NCBI GenBank assembly: GCA_051874735.1
Contig: JBJEGD010000039.1
Location: forward strand, 23,838 to 75,906
Length of the DNA stretch: 52,069 bases
Direction: 5' to 3'
Origin: Candidatus Bruticola sp.
GTDB lineage: Bacteria; Vulcanimicrobiota; Xenobia; Xenobiales; Xenobiaceae
Translations under genes and position numbers: made by a program
Part shown: in pieces, positions 1 to 9,546 of the stretch
Position numbering within the stretch: position 1 is the stretch's first letter
How the letters are laid out: each line of letters starts with the position of its first letter
The notes under the pieces: model-generated
Told to the model about the DNA's origin: nothing
The model's input: only the letters and a program-made list of their open reading frames with translations
Databases searched by the model: none

Positions 1-55
1 GAGCGCTAGCATGGGGCGTTAGAGGCCCCCGGTTCAAATCCGGGCACTCCGACCA
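1..55 (+). tRNA. tRNA-Pro(GGG), 5' end cut by the window edge
   Basis: Identical to the 3' 55 nt of the complete copy at 364-441: anticodon arm CTAGC-ATGGGGC-GTTAG, T arm CCCGG-TTCAAAT-CCGGG, encoded CCA. Confidence 0.9.
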
Positions 56-60
56 CAATT

Positions 61-84
61 AAGAGAGTTTGGGCTCTCTTTTTT
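61..84 (+). terminator. Intrinsic terminator after the first tRNA-Pro
   Basis: AAGAGAG-tttggg-CTCTCTT followed by a T run. Confidence 0.65.
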
Positions 85-286
85 GTTTTGCTGAAAAAAA
101 TAACCCGCACCAGACGAACTATAAAACTACCCATACTTAAAATTAGACTACTTTTACAACTAAACAGACAGAGTATATTCAAGCAAATGCCAATCAAACA
201 GAGTCTGATCAACAAGATATAAGAACATATACTTCATCTGCTGAGAAATAAATTTAATAATATTGGTAAAAATTAGCTCTATACTA

Positions 287-315
287 TTGCATTTTTATAT
301 GTAAGCTGCTATTAT
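287..315 (+). promoter_or_regulatory. Sigma70-type promoter for the second tRNA-Pro
   Basis: TTGCAT (287-292), 17 bp spacer, TATTAT (310-315), about 50 bp upstream of the tRNA. Confidence 0.6.
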
Positions 316-363
316 CTTCGGGCGCAAGGGAAAGGTTGTTTTTCTAAGCAGACAGTTTTATAT

Positions 364-441
364 CGGGGTGTAGCTCAGCTTGGATAGAGCGCTAGCATGG
401 GGCGTTAGAGGCCCCCGGTTCAAATCCGGGCACTCCGACCA
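364..441 (+). tRNA. tRNA-Pro(GGG)
   Basis: Cloverleaf CGGGGTG...CACTCCG-ACCA with D arm GCTC/GAGC, anticodon GGG and TTCAAAT T loop. Confidence 0.97.
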
Positions 442-446
442 TAATT

Positions 447-472
447 AAGAGGGTTTATAAGCTCTCTTTTTT
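447..472 (+). terminator. Intrinsic terminator after the second tRNA-Pro
   Basis: AAGAGGGTTT-at-AAGCTCTCTT followed by a T run; a variant of the hairpin at 61-84. Confidence 0.65.
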
Positions 473-603
473 GTTTTGCTGAAAAAAAATGATCCTAACT
501 AAGCGACAACGAAGAGGCCGCCAACTTTAAAAATAGTCAACATCCCATTCCAACCTGGAGACCGGATGAGCATTTTTTTATATTTGACAGGTCTTTTTAT
601 TAC

Positions 604-1836
604 ATGAAAATTAGTACCATGCGCATTTTGGATCAGTGGGTGGGCGTTCCTCTGTGCACCCTTGCCCGCCTATCTTCCGGTTCAATAAAGCGAAGTAAAC
701 TTACCCAAGAACAGCTAGAGCGCTCCATACTTATAATTCATCTTTCAGAAATGGGGGCCATGGTTTTAGCCCAACCAGCTATAGACTATCTAAAACGAAG
801 TCTTCCCAATACACCGCTATATTTTGTCGGTTTTCCCCCCGTTACAGAGCTACTCAGTACTTTAAAAGTTGTACCTGACAGTAATCTGTTGACGCTCGAT
901 ACCAGCAATTTTACTAACTTAGTAAAAAGTGGAATAAACGTTTTGCGCAGACTGCGCGCTATAAATTTGGGAGGGGTTATCGACTGCGAAGGTTTTTCCC
1001 GAGCTTCTGCTTTGCTTTCTTTCCTAGCTTGTCCGCGCGGTTTCCGCCTAGGCTGGCATCCTTACTCAATGCCCCATCTTTACAGAGGCGACTTACTTAC
1101 TCACAGGGTTCAATATAATTGCCATCAACATGCTTCCCAAGCTTATTTGACTCTTTTTAGTGCCCTTTGGGCTGATCCCAGTCAAGAACCTTTTCCTCAG
1201 CAAACATCTGTACTGCCATTATCTCCCTCTGTTCCCTTGGAATTCGATTTTAAATATCATTCTAGTGAAGAAGACAAACAGTATATAGATTCATTATTAG
1301 AAGAAAGCGGAGTTTCACCTAACAGTGAAATTATCATTGTCAATCCGAATAGCTCAGATATGCTGCCACTGCGCAAATGGCCTTTAGAAAAATATGCTGC
1401 CGTACTGCACAGCCTCTTTATAGAGCGTCCTCAGCTTCAAGTTGTGGTTACAGGTACTGCGTCGGAAAAGCCAGGCGCCTTAAAGCTGAAATCTCAAATG
1501 GTCGGAGCTCCCATACACGATTTCACAGGCAAAACAAGCCTAGCTCAGCTACTGGCCTTGTACGACCGCAGCAAATTACTTTTAACTAACGATAGCGGCC
1601 CCGCTCACCTGGCTTCCATAGTGAATCTGCCCAGTGTAGTCTTGTACGGTCCGGAAACACCAGCCCTCTTCTCCCCCTTGGGCCATAAAACAAAGATTGT
1701 TTACGATAATTGGATATGCAGCCCTTGCGTCAGTCCGTATAACGGCAAAAACAGTTTATGCCGGACGGGGGGATGTCTGCGCTCCATAAGCCCCGAAAAA
1801 GTTCTTCAGGCGGTACAAGAGCAACTAAAATCATAA
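604..1836 (+). CDS. Glycosyltransferase family 9 (heptosyltransferase-like)
   Basis: GT9 motifs: SEMGAMVL (GDxV-like), RKWPLEKY, TGKTSLAQL, LLTNDSGPAHLA, VVLYGPE, and C-terminal CSPC...C...C. Confidence 0.9.
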   Translation: MKISTMRILDQWVGVPLCTLARLSSGSIKRSKLTQEQLERSILIIHLSEMGAMVLAQPAIDYLKRSLPNTPLYFVGFPPVTELLSTLKVVPDSNLLTLDTSNFTNLVKSGINVLRRLRAINLGGVIDCEGFSRASALLSFLACPRGFRLGWHPYSMPHLYRGDLLTHRVQYNCHQHASQAYLTLFSALWADPSQEPFPQQTSVLPLSPSVPLEFDFKYHSSEEDKQYIDSLLEESGVSPNSEIIIVNPNSSDMLPLRKWPLEKYAAVLHSLFIERPQLQVVVTGTASEKPGALKLKSQMVGAPIHDFTGKTSLAQLLALYDRSKLLLTNDSGPAHLASIVNLPSVVLYGPETPALFSPLGHKTKIVYDNWICSPCVSPYNGKNSLCRTGGCLRSISPEKVLQAVQEQLKS

Positions 1837-1971
1837 AAATTTCCCCAATAAGTTAGAAAAAAACAACCTTTTTTCCTTAAAAAACGGTTTTAATACTGTA
1901 CATGTCGAATTGGCGTGAGCTGGGCTTTTTACTGAGCCTACCTGCTTAAGGAAGATCTTATTTGCAAGGAT

Positions 1972-3642
1972 ATGCTAATGACCGAAGAGTACATCAACAT
2001 TATTGTCAACAATGAAGTAATGAGTATAGTTCCCAAAACTACTGTGGGAGAGGCTCTGCACGCTGACAGGAACCCGGATATTATAGGAGGCCTAATAAGC
2101 AATGACGTTGTCGGCCTCAATACTCCGCTGAACGTACCAGTCAATCTTTATCCCGTCTTCCGCAACAGCAGAGAAGGCCGACAGATTTTCAACCGCACGT
2201 GTTCTCTTCTGTTAGACTACATTTTGGCTGTTCACTTCAAAAAATATCATTTTCAAGTGGGCCAGGCTTTCAATCAAGGATGCTACTACGAACTAGTCAG
2301 CATCGAAGACGAAAGTACAGACCAAATAAACTTAGTGAAATTAGCCGAAGACATAGACAAAGCTATTTGCGAAGCTATTGCTTCCGATCTAAAATTCACC
2401 ACTAAAGTTCACAGTGTAGAGACCGCCTGCGTCTTACTTAATGACCGCAGCGGTTCCATGATCCGTCTTTTAGAAACTTGGCCTTATTCGCAAGTTCCCA
2501 TTGCCAGCCTCAACCACTTTCATGTTATCCAATACGGCCCCATAGCTCCTTCTACACGATACTGCCGCAATATAAGAATATTACCTTATGAGCGAGGCAT
2601 ATTTCTCCAGTTCAACCGCAAACAACCTACCCCAGTTCCTAAATCAAACTTGCGCCTTTTCTCTGCCTATAAAGAAAACCGCAATTGGAACAAAATGATA
2701 GGAGTAGCCACAGTGGGCGATCTTAACGAAGCGGTGCTCAATGGCAGAATTAGTGATATCATACGCCTTCAAGAAGGTTTGCATGAGAAAAAAATTATTC
2801 AAATTGCTGATCAAATTGCCAACCACAAAGACAAATTGCGCTTAATTTGCATCGCTGGTCCGTCTTCTTCTGGTAAAACTACTTTTTTGAAACGTTTATC
2901 GGTGCAGCTGCGCGTAGCCGGCCTCGATCCGGTTACCATAAGCCTCGATGACTACTACCGCGACATTTCAGATCGGCCCGTTGACGCCCAAGGAAATATC
3001 GATTTTGAAGCTTTAGAATGTTTGGATATTCCGCTGCTCACCGAGCATCTACAAACGTTAGCTGATGGCGGCAAAGTTATGACGCCGCGCTATGATTTCG
3101 AGGCAGGTAAAAGGGCTCCAGCTAGCAAGTTCACCCCTATGCAACTAAAGAGCAATCAAATTTTACTAATTGAAGGCATACACGGGCTGAATCCGGCTAT
3201 TGCTGACGCCGTTCCTGCTAAGGCTCGCTTTCGCATATTTGTGAGCGCTCTCACTCAACTAATTATTGATGAGCATACTCGCATACCCACTTCAGACGCC
3301 AGATTGCTGCGCCGAATTGTACGCGACCGCCGTTATCGCGGCACTTCAGCAGCCGACACTATCGATCGCTGGCCCAGCGTGCGCCGCGGCGAACAGCGCA
3401 ATATATTCCCATTCCAAGAAAATTGCGACGTCATGTTCAATTCGGCGCTAGTTTACGAAACGGCCATACTCAAAACCTTCGCTTGGCGCTACCTTCTGGA
3501 AGTTCCCCGCAATTCTCCAGCCCGAGTGCGAGCCCAACCGCTGTTGCGTTTCTTAGATCTTTTCGTCCCCATCTTCCCCGATGATATTCCTTCTAATTCG
3601 CTACTGCGCGAGTTTATAGGTGGATCCAACTTTTCTTATTAA
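1972..3642 (+). CDS. Uridine/nucleoside kinase family protein with ThrRS-like N-terminal region
   Basis: Walker A IAGPSSSGKTT, SLDDYY, IEGIHGLNP, RLLRRIVRD and SLLREFIGGS; about 280-aa N-terminal extension typical of this fused family. Confidence 0.88.
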   Translation: MLMTEEYINIIVNNEVMSIVPKTTVGEALHADRNPDIIGGLISNDVVGLNTPLNVPVNLYPVFRNSREGRQIFNRTCSLLLDYILAVHFKKYHFQVGQAFNQGCYYELVSIEDESTDQINLVKLAEDIDKAICEAIASDLKFTTKVHSVETACVLLNDRSGSMIRLLETWPYSQVPIASLNHFHVIQYGPIAPSTRYCRNIRILPYERGIFLQFNRKQPTPVPKSNLRLFSAYKENRNWNKMIGVATVGDLNEAVLNGRISDIIRLQEGLHEKKIIQIADQIANHKDKLRLICIAGPSSSGKTTFLKRLSVQLRVAGLDPVTISLDDYYRDISDRPVDAQGNIDFEALECLDIPLLTEHLQTLADGGKVMTPRYDFEAGKRAPASKFTPMQLKSNQILLIEGIHGLNPAIADAVPAKARFRIFVSALTQLIIDEHTRIPTSDARLLRRIVRDRRYRGTSAADTIDRWPSVRRGEQRNIFPFQENCDVMFNSALVYETAILKTFAWRYLLEVPRNSPARVRAQPLLRFLDLFVPIFPDDIPSNSLLREFIGGSNFSY

Positions 3643-3657
3643 AAATGCCACCTAATG

Positions 3658-3700
3658 AAATGGGCCCCCTGCTGTCAGCTGACAGCGGGGGGCCCATTTT
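3658..3700. terminator. Bidirectional terminator hairpin between convergent genes
   Basis: 20-bp inverted repeat AAATGGGCCCCCTGCTGTCA / TGACAGCGGGGGGCCCATTT with one mismatch. Confidence 0.8.
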
Positions 3701-3746
3701 ACTTATAAGTGCTACAGAATGCAGCTTTAGCGGTACTCAGTAGTAC

Positions 3747-4862
3747 TTACATTTCTTCTACATCGATATTAGAAGTGACGGCATCTTCTTCAGGATCAAC
3801 TAATCCAGCTCGTACAAGCACACCTCTATCGATACAATGATCGAAAGCGGTCTTCGTATCGATCCATCCGCTCTTACAAAGCTCAATTAAGTGAGAATCC
3901 ATCGACTGCATGCCCTCTTCGGCACCCATATGTATAAAAGAGGGAATCATAGAAGATTTAGCTTCGCGAATTAAGCCGGCAATACCGAAGTTAACTAACA
4001 TAACCTCTTGTACAGCTACACGGCCTCGACGATCGCGGGTACGCAGCAGCTGCTGAGAAATAACGGCTTTCAAAGACTGGGAAAGCATCTGACGAATTTG
4101 TTCCTGCTCCTCAGCCGGGAATACATCGATAATACGATCGACGGTTCTGGCGGCAGAATTAGTATGCAGAGTTCCGAATACTAAGTGGCCAGTTTCTGCA
4201 GCACGAATAGCTTCAGAAATTGTCTCCAAATCGCGCATCTCACCCAACAGAATAATATCGGGAGATTCACGCAAAGCGGCGCGCAAAGCTTGATTGAAAC
4301 TTCTAGCATGAGTGCCAATTTCGCGCTGCTGAATCATAGATTTATCAGACTTGTGCACAAACTCGATAGGATCTTCGAGAGTGATAATATGCTTTCTTCT
4401 GGTGCGGTTAATATGATTAACAATCGCTGCCAGAGTAGTCGATTTTCCCGAACCGGTAGGACCAGTTACCAATACTAATCCTTTGTTTAAATGAGCGATG
4501 TTGTTAACAATTGGAGGCAAATTCAGATCGTCAAAAGTAGGAATACGGTTAGGAATAACGCGGAAAACGCCCCCCATACCACGGCTCTGCAGCAAGAAGT
4601 TGACGCGGAATCTGGCCATACCTTCAACTTCATAGGAGAAGTCAACGCTGCCAGTATCGAGAAATTCCTGCGACAAATGCTCGGAGAGGATAGGCAAAAG
4701 AATATCTTCTGTTTGCGTACTCTCCAAAGGAGGCTCGTCTAAGAATTTAATATCGCCGTTGATACGCACCGCCGGCGGAGCGCCGGCTTCGAGGTGAAGG
4801 TCGGAACCACCGTAATCGAGCACGACCTGCAGATAACTTTCAAGAATTGGGCTGACACTCAT
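3747..4862 (-). CDS. pilT: Type IV pilus retraction ATPase, PilT/PilU family
   Basis: GSDLHL, GPTGSGKSTTLAA, ITLEDPIEF, ALRESPDIILLGEMRD, AAETGHLVFGTLHT. Confidence 0.93.
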   Translation of the reverse strand: MSVSPILESYLQVVLDYGGSDLHLEAGAPPAVRINGDIKFLDEPPLESTQTEDILLPILSEHLSQEFLDTGSVDFSYEVEGMARFRVNFLLQSRGMGGVFRVIPNRIPTFDDLNLPPIVNNIAHLNKGLVLVTGPTGSGKSTTLAAIVNHINRTRRKHIITLEDPIEFVHKSDKSMIQQREIGTHARSFNQALRAALRESPDIILLGEMRDLETISEAIRAAETGHLVFGTLHTNSAARTVDRIIDVFPAEEQEQIRQMLSQSLKAVISQQLLRTRDRRGRVAVQEVMLVNFGIAGLIREAKSSMIPSFIHMGAEEGMQSMDSHLIELCKSGWIDTKTAFDHCIDRGVLVRAGLVDPEEDAVTSNIDVEEM

Positions 4863-4863
4863 C

Positions 4864-5946
4864 TTACTCTAAGTAGCTCCTTATCGCATGTATAAAAGTC
4901 TGCTTGTCTACAGCACGATCCAAGGCCTCATGAGGATCGATCTGATGGCTCTCTACTAACTCCATCAAAGAGGTGTCCATCAAACGCATACCTTGTTTCG
5001 CTCCAGTTTGAATGGAGGAGTTGATCTGATGCAGTTTAGCTTCACGAATCAAAGTACTAATAGCACTGTTACAAATCATCAGCTCAGTAGCTACTACACG
5101 GCTGTTTCCATCTATACGCGGGATTAACTGTTGAGAAAGTACACCGCGCAAAGATTCAGCTAACATAACACGAACTTGTGCCTGGCGCGAAGGCGGAAAT
5201 ACGTTAACTGCACGGTTAATAGTCTGGGCTGCTGAAAGCGTATGCAAAGTTCCCAAAACTAAGTGGCCCGTTTCTGCAGCCGTAATAGCCAGTTGAATAG
5301 TATCTAAATCGCGCAACTCACCGACTAAGATGACGTCTGGGTCTTCGCGCAGAGCCGAACGCAAAGCAGCACTGAAAGATTCTACATGAGTACCAACTTG
5401 ACGCTGTACTACCATGCATTTGTTGACTGGATAAACAAACTCAATAGGATCCTCGATCGTTATAACATGAAGAGGACGCGTATTATTAATGTGATTAACT
5501 AAGGCCGCCAAAGTTGTAGTTTTTCCAGAACCAGTCGGCCCTGTAACCAACACCAGCCCTTGATGGAACTCAATAAGCTTCATAACTTCTTTGGGAAGCA
5601 AAAGTTCATTGGGCGTGGGGATCTGCACAGGAATAGTACGCAAGACTATACTCAAACCCAGACGCTGGTAAAAAGCGCAACCGCGGAAGCGGCGCACACC
5701 AAAACCTGGCAAGCGAGCTTCATAAGCATAGTCGATATCCTGCTCTTCATCCAGACGTTCAAAATCGGCATCACTAATAAAACGACGAACGATACTTTCA
5801 ACCTCTTGAGGAGTACTTTCTGGCATATCAAGTGGCTGAAGTAAACCATTTACCCGCAAAGTAGGAGCATGGCCGGAAGTAATAAACAGGTCGGAGCCAT
5901 TTTTAGTAAGCAGCTCCAACAGCATTCCATCAATGTTTATCCCCAA
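4864..5946 (-). CDS. pilT: Type IV pilus retraction ATPase, PilT/PilU family (second paralogue)
   Basis: GSDLFI, GPTGSGKTTTLAA, EDPIEF, ALREDPDVILVGELRD, GHLVLGTLHT. Start moved to TTG at 5946, which has a GGAGG SD, rather than 6066. Confidence 0.9.
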   Translation of the reverse strand: MGINIDGMLLELLTKNGSDLFITSGHAPTLRVNGLLQPLDMPESTPQEVESIVRRFISDADFERLDEEQDIDYAYEARLPGFGVRRFRGCAFYQRLGLSIVLRTIPVQIPTPNELLLPKEVMKLIEFHQGLVLVTGPTGSGKTTTLAALVNHINNTRPLHVITIEDPIEFVYPVNKCMVVQRQVGTHVESFSAALRSALREDPDVILVGELRDLDTIQLAITAAETGHLVLGTLHTLSAAQTINRAVNVFPPSRQAQVRVMLAESLRGVLSQQLIPRIDGNSRVVATELMICNSAISTLIREAKLHQINSSIQTGAKQGMRLMDTSLMELVESHQIDPHEALDRAVDKQTFIHAIRSYLE

Positions 5947-6498
5947 CTGAATCCTCCAAACTAATAACAGCGCCTTAAACAGCCCAAGCAGTTTCTTAAA
6001 CTGGAATAGGCGCAATAGAACATAAACTTTGGCACAACTTCCGCACCTACAGCGAAAGCCTCTCACAATAATAGGAACAAACTCAGCAGCTGTAAACTGC
6101 AGCTAACTGAACTGCCCCTAAAGTGTTTAATCTTTCTTCACAATTCCGCGTGCCTGACGATACGTACATTTAGAACTAAAAGCTAATCGGAACCGCGCTA
6201 CTGCATATATCTGCCTCTAGTTTATGCAGAAAGAGCAAAAACACAACCCGAAGAACCATTTTTTAACCTTCGACTCCCTTGGAAAAAGGCCTTCCCAAAC
6301 GTCCTGTAGAATGGAATATAGCGATTTATACATGTGAGGAGAACAAAATAAACTTAGATAAACCTCATAAAATCGATTCGTAAGTTTTATTGTGCATGAA
6401 CGGTGATAAGAATTTAGTTTTATTTAAGTTTTTTTATACGAGCCAAGGCAGAACAGAATTGTCGAGTCTGTTCTATGTTGCCTGAAAGGATCTATTTT

Positions 6499-6891
6499 AT
6501 GCCAACAAATGAAATAAACGCCCAAGATCTACAGATGGGCGCCTCTGTGTACAGCAAAGAGAACGATAAAGTAGGTACTTTTCGTTTTGCTCTGAGCGCT
6601 GCCACTCCACCTTATCAAGTGTACCAATTAGTAGTTGATCGGGCCGACGGCGTTGAAGGCGCCCTAGTAGTAAGTGCAGATTCCGTAGAAGCGGTGAATA
6701 GTAACACCATTCGTTTAACAATAGGAGAAGAAGAGTTTTTAGGACTCAATCCCTTTATGGAATCTCAATGGTTTTCTGTCCATCCAACTTCTTCGCGCGA
6801 TCATCGAACTTTAAGCAAAACTAGAAACCCGCGCCGCCAAGATCGCCGTCCTCGCTATCCTTCCCGTCCGCAAACTCGAAGCGGAATGTAA
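6499..6891 (+). CDS. PRC-barrel-like protein with basic C-terminal tail
   Basis: GASVYSKENDKVG...LVVD...VSADSVEAV...IRL resembles a PRC barrel. ATG at 6499 follows AAGGA. Confidence 0.55.
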   Translation: MPTNEINAQDLQMGASVYSKENDKVGTFRFALSAATPPYQVYQLVVDRADGVEGALVVSADSVEAVNSNTIRLTIGEEEFLGLNPFMESQWFSVHPTSSRDHRTLSKTRNPRRQDRRPRYPSRPQTRSGM

Positions 6892-6924
6892 AAATTACCA
6901 CCGTCAAAAATAGAGGTTTTTTCT

Positions 6925-7545
6925 GTGGATTCACCAGCCGTTCAAGCTTATCTGGCCGATTTAGAAAAATCCCGTTTGCAGATAGAAGACAGACTGATTC
7001 ACTTGCCAGAAACTAGCTGCCTACTGAATCAATTTGATAACAAGTTAAAAATAAATGTCCGAGATTATCTGCATGCTGTGCCCATAGTTTCTTCGTTGAT
7101 ACGCAGTTTTGTTTACTCTCCACGCACCAACGAAACGATCAATCAGCGCTGCATGAAAGCGGGATTTTCTTGTCCTTTCGACCCGCCTCTTGTAGGCCGC
7201 GTACTTACTATATTTGCTTTTGCTTGCATATATAAAAAATGCGCTAAAGAGACGGAATCTTCCGAATTCGCTAAGCAATTTTCGACAGTTTTATGTCTTA
7301 GCTCTTACGATTATACCCATCTAAAGCAGATAGACTGGGCGGTCAAAGTGATATCTGAAAGCCGAAAAAGCGGTCCAGAAAATTGGCTAGCTCCAGCTAT
7401 GCTAATAATGGTGCAGCTAACAGGATTGGAATCTACAGAAAAAGCTCGGGCCATAGCAGGTTTTGTTGAGCAATACGAAGTTTATGTAGGCAGAGTTTGG
7501 GAAGCAGCTAAAAATAACCGCGTCCTCATCGATTTTCCTTGGTAG
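6925..7545 (+). CDS. Hypothetical protein
   Basis: 206-aa ORF, GTG start after GAGG, co-oriented and closely spaced with its neighbours. Confidence 0.7.
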   Translation: MDSPAVQAYLADLEKSRLQIEDRLIHLPETSCLLNQFDNKLKINVRDYLHAVPIVSSLIRSFVYSPRTNETINQRCMKAGFSCPFDPPLVGRVLTIFAFACIYKKCAKETESSEFAKQFSTVLCLSSYDYTHLKQIDWAVKVISESRKSGPENWLAPAMLIMVQLTGLESTEKARAIAGFVEQYEVYVGRVWEAAKNNRVLIDFPW

Positions 7546-7560
7546 TGAGACGATAATAAC

Positions 7561-7806
7561 TTGCTGTTATGTCTATCCTTAGGAATGGCAGGGGGCTTTT
7601 TTATTTCGGTCTGGTACTCAATCTGCCGATATAAACTAAAACTGTGGGAAGTCTGCCGCAACGATCCATTCTCTAATGTAGACGGCTCATGGTTCTTTCT
7701 TTTGGAATGTTTTTCCCAAATTTCCTTGATTTTAGGCCTAATTTTTGCATTGTTCTGCACAGCTACGGCAATCAGAGCATTTTTTGCAAGCAGTAGTTTT
7801 TATTAA
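7561..7806 (+). CDS. Small membrane protein (about 2 TM)
   Basis: Two hydrophobic stretches; fills the gap between co-oriented ORFs. Confidence 0.45.
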   Translation: MLLCLSLGMAGGFFISVWYSICRYKLKLWEVCRNDPFSNVDGSWFFLLECFSQISLILGLIFALFCTATAIRAFFASSSFY

Positions 7807-7824
7807 TGTTCTAGGTTTATTTTT

Positions 7825-8259
7825 ATGTGCAAATCTCAATTGACGTCATCTGAAGCTTGGCGCAAACTCAATCCCTCCAGCCAAGATATGCTTTTTATAG
7901 CTTCTGACAACGAAGAGGGATTGACTTTCTGCCGATATGCCTATGAGCATAACTTAATAAAACAAACTTTCTACGCTGATAATAGCGATCAGCGCCGAAG
8001 ACAGGCCAACGCTCAATTTCCAGGATTGACTTCAGGCCCTATTTCGCAACTAAAAGAAGCTAAAGGCAAGCTAACCGAAGGATACGGTTTCACTAAAGGA
8101 TTAGTCACGGCTCATCAACTCAATTTTGTAGATCAGGCAGCTGCATCTTTGGCCAAAGGCTCTGTACTGATGCTGCGTTCAAGCGATCCTCAGCCGCCTA
8201 TTCTAAGTTTTTCTACAAGTAGGCTTCATTACGACCAGTTGACTATTATGGGCGGTTGA
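7825..8259 (+). CDS. Stand-alone degenerate Rossmann domain of a Zn-dependent dehydrogenase
   Basis: Colinear with the C-terminal half of 8416-9462 (LTEGYG...DQAAASLAKGS.L...LSFSTSRLHYDQLTIMG) but lacks GxGxxG. Confidence 0.55.
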   Translation: MCKSQLTSSEAWRKLNPSSQDMLFIASDNEEGLTFCRYAYEHNLIKQTFYADNSDQRRRQANAQFPGLTSGPISQLKEAKGKLTEGYGFTKGLVTAHQLNFVDQAAASLAKGSVLMLRSSDPQPPILSFSTSRLHYDQLTIMGG

Positions 8260-8415
8260 TTGCCTCTGATCCAAATACTGGCAGGTATAAAAGATCGAGC
8301 TGTATTCTAAAAAATACAAGTTCTTCAATATTATCAGGCAAAAGTTCCGTGCCAATTCTATGTTCTTGACGTCAAACAGCGGGCTTAATCCCGTTGAGAA
8401 TGAAAGGATATATAT

Positions 8416-9462
8416 ATGATAATTCCCCGAACTATGCGCGTAGCCATGGCTCACGATTATAATGACATACGTGTGGAGACAATGACAGTGCCTCAACCAG
8501 GTCCTGGAGAGGCTTTAGTTAAGATACACGCTTTAGGCATATGTATGGGCGATGTAACCCCCTGGTATGTACATAAAAAATGCCCTATTGTGATAGGTCA
8601 TGAACCCACCGGCGAAATAGTGCAACTAGGTGAAGGGGTCAGCAAATTTCAAATAGGCGATAGAGTTTATATACATCACCATGCCCCCTGCATGAAATGT
8701 CGCCATTGCCAAAACGGAAATTTCGTTATGTGCCAAACTTGGCGCAACTCTAAACTTATTCCCGGCGGAGCGGCAGAATATTGTTTAGTTCCGGCTAATA
8801 ACCTAGACAAAGATACGCTCGTACTGCCAGACTCTATGTCGTACGCCGAAGGCACTCTAATTGAACCTTTAGCCTGCGTAGTAAGAGCTTATAAACGGGC
8901 TCGTTTAATTCCCGGAGACAGCGTAGCTATAATGGGCCTAGGAGTCATGGGCCAAATGATGGCAGTACTGGCCAAATATATGGGAGCGTCAAAAATTATT
9001 GCTTCAGATAAAGTTCCTTTTCGCATGGAGCATGCTCTTAAACTAGGTGTTAATAGAGTGGTCGATTATACTAAAGAGTCTTTTCCCCAGGCAGTATTTG
9101 AGGCCACAGACCATAAAGGAGCAGATATTGTCATGGTCTGCCCCACTTATCCTGAAGCTATGCAGGAAGGTGTTGAATGTGCAGGGCGCTCCTCAAGAGT
9201 GCTGCTGTTTATGGGCCCGAAACCTGGCACGATGCTATCTGTAGATATGAACAAGATCTATTTTGATGAGATTGATCTTATATCAAGTTATTCCTGCGGT
9301 CCCACCGAAACTCGAGAAGCTCTTTGGTTGATCAATCAAGGTATATCTACAGCCCAGCAAATGATTACGCACCATTTTCCACTGGAAAAAATAAACGAAG
9401 CGGTAGCCTTGTCCCGTCAGGCCCAAAACTCCTTAAAAATCATAATCGATATAAACGAATAA
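8416..9462 (+). CDS. Zn-dependent alcohol/polyol dehydrogenase (MDR family)
   Basis: GICMGD, GHEPTG, structural zinc site CMKCRHC...C, GLGVMG. Confidence 0.93.
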   Translation: MIIPRTMRVAMAHDYNDIRVETMTVPQPGPGEALVKIHALGICMGDVTPWYVHKKCPIVIGHEPTGEIVQLGEGVSKFQIGDRVYIHHHAPCMKCRHCQNGNFVMCQTWRNSKLIPGGAAEYCLVPANNLDKDTLVLPDSMSYAEGTLIEPLACVVRAYKRARLIPGDSVAIMGLGVMGQMMAVLAKYMGASKIIASDKVPFRMEHALKLGVNRVVDYTKESFPQAVFEATDHKGADIVMVCPTYPEAMQEGVECAGRSSRVLLFMGPKPGTMLSVDMNKIYFDEIDLISSYSCGPTETREALWLINQGISTAQQMITHHFPLEKINEAVALSRQAQNSLKIIIDINE

Positions 9463-9480
9463 AACTAACAGTATACCTAT

Positions 9481-9535
9481 AAAAAAGGCCCCGAAGAGCT
9501 ATATCAGTAAAACTGTAAGCTTCGGGGCCTTTTTT
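9481..9535. terminator. Bidirectional intrinsic terminator
   Basis: AAAAAAGGCCCCGAAG...CTTCGGGGCCTTTTTT between convergent genes. Confidence 0.85.
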
Positions 9536-9546
9536 AGGCCAATATT

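Noticed and set aside
6-215. 69-aa minus-strand ORF
   Set aside because: Antisense to tRNA-Pro and its terminator (VGVPGFEPG is the typical tRNA shadow translation).
6030-6045. Sigma54-like TGGCAC motif
   Set aside because: The -12 element is poor (CCGCA), it faces away from pilT, and it is over 400 bp from the next plus-strand gene.
5947-6066. N-terminal extension of the second PilT
   Set aside because: It is not PilT-like, and a GGAGG-TTG start at 5946 fits the family length.
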